The translations under genes and the position numbers were made by a program. This document shows positions 61,101 through 64,000 of a DNA stretch of 64,000 bases, in pieces. Within the stretch, counting starts at the first letter, position 1. Every line of letters starts with the position of its first letter. The DNA is from Raillietiella orientalis (lineage: Eukaryota). Location of the stretch: NCBI GenBank assembly GCA_036172245.1, contig JAYWIR010000026.1:1488001-1552000 (forward strand). The letters are read 5' to 3'. The notes beneath the pieces were generated by a model. It was not told the origin of the DNA. It ran no database searches and saw only the letters and a list, made by a program, of their open reading frames with translations.

Positions 61101-64000
61101 CACTCAACGCGCCACGAATCCCGGAGGCGCGCGCGCGCGCGTTCTGCCGGACCTATTATTCGATCCTGCTCTCCTGCAAACTCTGCCAACTTCCCTTTCC
61201 CTGGGATGGAATCCACTTCTGACCTCTGTCCAAACCAAACTTCTAACGTCCGTCTTGCGTGATCATTGAGAAGATTGGAAACTCGCGGGCTCATTGAAAA
61301 ATGAACGTACTGGTGTACATTCGCGCCTCCCTACTCGGTGCTGGAGTTCACTCAGGATTCGCGCTTTTGCTGCCGCCAGATCTGCTCGGTCTCTGCGCTT
61401 GCGCTCGGAGCCTGCACTTGGAGCTTTCCGTTCAGACTCTCTTTGTTTCATCTGGCAGCCCAGGGCAATGCTGCTCGAATTCCGCGAATTCGAGTGACTC
61501 CTCTGCTTACAACTGCCGTAATCCAGCAACACCTCGATCTTGCGAGGACTGCAAACTCGGAGGCTGCTCGCTGGAAGCGAGTTTTCTCGTGATGCACGAG
61601 CTCAGCCATCAGCGCACGTGGCGGGGATTCGCGTGTGGTGGACGCAGAACGTCGCCTCCGAGTGCTGCGAGAGACTTTCGCCGCACGGCGCCTCCGTAGC
61701 GAGAGATGCAGATTTCTCAATTCACGAAAAACGAGAGTAGTGGGTGCTTCTTAACGGATGATCCTTTGCTTGATTTTCAGTGAGCCTCTGGACCAGAGTT
61801 CTTACCGCCTGCGGTCTGAGGCTCCCACCAGAAGATACCCACGTCCACGTGTCGTCCGCAGATGATCGCGCCACGACCTTCCGAGTTTCGATTGCATGAT
61901 TGTCAGCTCATTGCAAGGAGAGTCACTCCGTGAAAGACTGGATCTGCTGCTTTCCAGAAGAGCAGGAAGCAAGATGAGAATCAAAAGGTAATTTCCTTCC
62001 CTCAGACCCTTCCTCTTCCCTAGAAGCGGCAGCTGAGAAACTTGTCATAGCGTGTCACTTATCGTTGCATAGTTGTTGCATCACATTTGCTCCTTTCTGG
62101 GGTCATCTGATCCAAAGACCAATAGTCTTGGATTTTCTCTGGAGCTCTAGAGAGTTCGGCGCTCTCCTCTTCCTACGCTATCACAGGAAGAAGGAAGTCA
62201 GGGGAACAGATTCTCAGCTGCACGATGCTCTCTTCCTCTTGAAAGAGCCTCTTCTTTTGGAAGCCATGCAGCTTGTGAAAGCAGCTGGATTACTGCCTTT
62301 TGGAAAGAAAAGAGTGGTTTTCAGAGTGCCAATAACGACTGATTACACGGGGAAGAAGTCCTATCAAAGGCTCTGCGTTAAATTCTTGCTCAGTCACTTG
62401 GTTGAGTGTCTTCTACATGAGCTGTGCAGTGCCCTGGATTCTTCCTTCGCGTTGGGAACTACTCGATGAAAAGGTAGTTCGTGTCGTAAGAAACTCCTGA
62501 TGGAGCGTCTCTCCAAGTTTTCTAATAGTTACGCTCGCCTGTAGCGATCCAGTTTGTGGACGTGTAGTCTGAAGGGGTCGTTTCCAAGATAACCTATCGT
62601 CGGGATATACGAATGATCTTCAGCTTGGATGGAGGATGGACTGAGATAATGATTTCCACTGCCAATTACTTGTGCCTCTTCGACCGCACCTTGAACGTAT
62701 CGTTTCCACGTGGACCACGAATCGAATCTTGGCAGCCGCGAAGTCTGTCGCTTCTCGGCATCAGCAGCAAACCTGACCTTCCTCTCTGGGAGCTTTTCAC
62801 AACTCGTGACTTTGAATGGAGAAAAACCAAGACAGAGGTGCACAGGATATCTCCGGAGGCACTGACCCACTCCAGAGGACGAATCTCGAGAGAACCCTCG
62901 AGAATTGTGATCTTCCTCTTTCAATGATCGCGCTTTTGCCGTATCTTGCCACTCGAGTCTCGAAGTAAAGCACGGTGTTCTCCTTCAGCAGGTTCTGGTC
63001 CGTTCCAGCCTGTCGCCTCCTTCGATGGAAGCAGGGATAAGCCGAGCAAAAGGAAGTCAGCGGTTTCGCCCCAGGACAGCGTTTTCAATAAGCTGAATGG
63101 GACCAGGGATGCTGCCCACCTTCCTCACAAAAGCTGATCAGCTTCGCCGCCCTACGCTTCGAATGCTCACCTAAGAGACGAACGAAATAAAAAAGCGGTT
63201 TGGTTTCTCAAGTGAAGAGAACGAGAGTGAAGAAACTGCGCTCATCAGAGAAGGAGTCGGTTTTCTGCGAGGAAGAATCCACGGCATCCAAGATGAGTGC
63301 ATTGATCTGCTCAGTCTCCCCACCCTCTGCGCAGTTTGAGACCTAGAAAACCAATTCCTCAACCGGATATAAGGTCGAACTCTTAGAGTGAGGACTGCAA
63401 AATGACGAAGAAGGTGAGCTCTTGCGCTATTCTCAGAGTTCGACTGCAGGTCTGGTTTGATGGGGAGGCTGCTCGGGCAAAGTTGCCTGAGGAGCAGGTT
63501 TGCTGGTGCTCCTGCAGCAGCAGAAGAACACCTTGTGGCCGCTAGATCGATTAGCGTCCTTGGGTCTAGGTGGTGAACAGCAGAACGACAAACACGCTTT
63601 TTCTGTGGCTGCCACAAGAACTCTCAAGGCATTCCATCCTGGAACGAAGGTCTTCTTGAGTCGCCGCTCGTTCCGGCCATCCACTCTTCCGATCACAGAT
63701 CTCTGCCGCGGGAGCAACAGCGCTTCCCTTCCTTTCCGAGCAGAAGATGAGTTCCCTTTGAGAGAGCATTGCCGAACAGACAGAGGAGCGTCCGTCCCCC
63801 CCCTCGGAGGAAGAGCGAGCATGCCAGTGCAACCGGAAAGGGGAAGAAGCGTGTGGGGTCAGGGTGCAAGGAAGGCAGGTGCATTTTGGTTCCTAAATAG
63901 ATGTCTGCTGTGTCCATCCGGTCTCTCTCCAGAAACGATGGGTGAACGGCGCCTGCCTCCAAAGTGGGGCCTCTCCGGCGTACCCAAGGATACGGCATTC

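Noticed and set aside
63171..63617. RLRNWFSR resembling homeodomain helix 3
   Set aside because: Lacks the invariant Asn and helices 1-2.
1..64000. CRISPR arrays, prokaryotic operons, telomeric arrays, canonical R2 insertion site
   Set aside because: No regularly spaced repeats, no dense co-oriented intact ORFs, no (TTAGG)n array and no TTAAGG/TAGCCA junction were seen by eye.

Overview
Eukaryotic, probably arthropod, GC-rich DNA with no intact protein-coding gene that I can support. The only confident call is a ~295-bp 28S rRNA fragment on the minus strand (9793-10087), with the arthropod-type GCCGAAGCAACTAGCCC. It is joined directly to the 3' UTR of an L1/Tx1-type LINE. The rest looks like a graveyard of frameshifted mobile-element remnants recognised by eye from motif order: a second copy of that LINE family, an RLE (R2-group) LINE, Penelope, two DIRS-like elements, a possible Gypsy RT, hAT, a possible MULE, four Polinton/Maverick-type integrases and a protein-primed PolB. 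There are also decayed host-gene fragments (Argonaute N/L1, P450, C2H2 fingers) and a 1-kb AT-rich island bounded by 25-bp inverted repeats. Protein calls join several reading frames and need HMM confirmation. Most ORFs in the track look like GC-driven noise. No CRISPR array or prokaryotic operon was seen.
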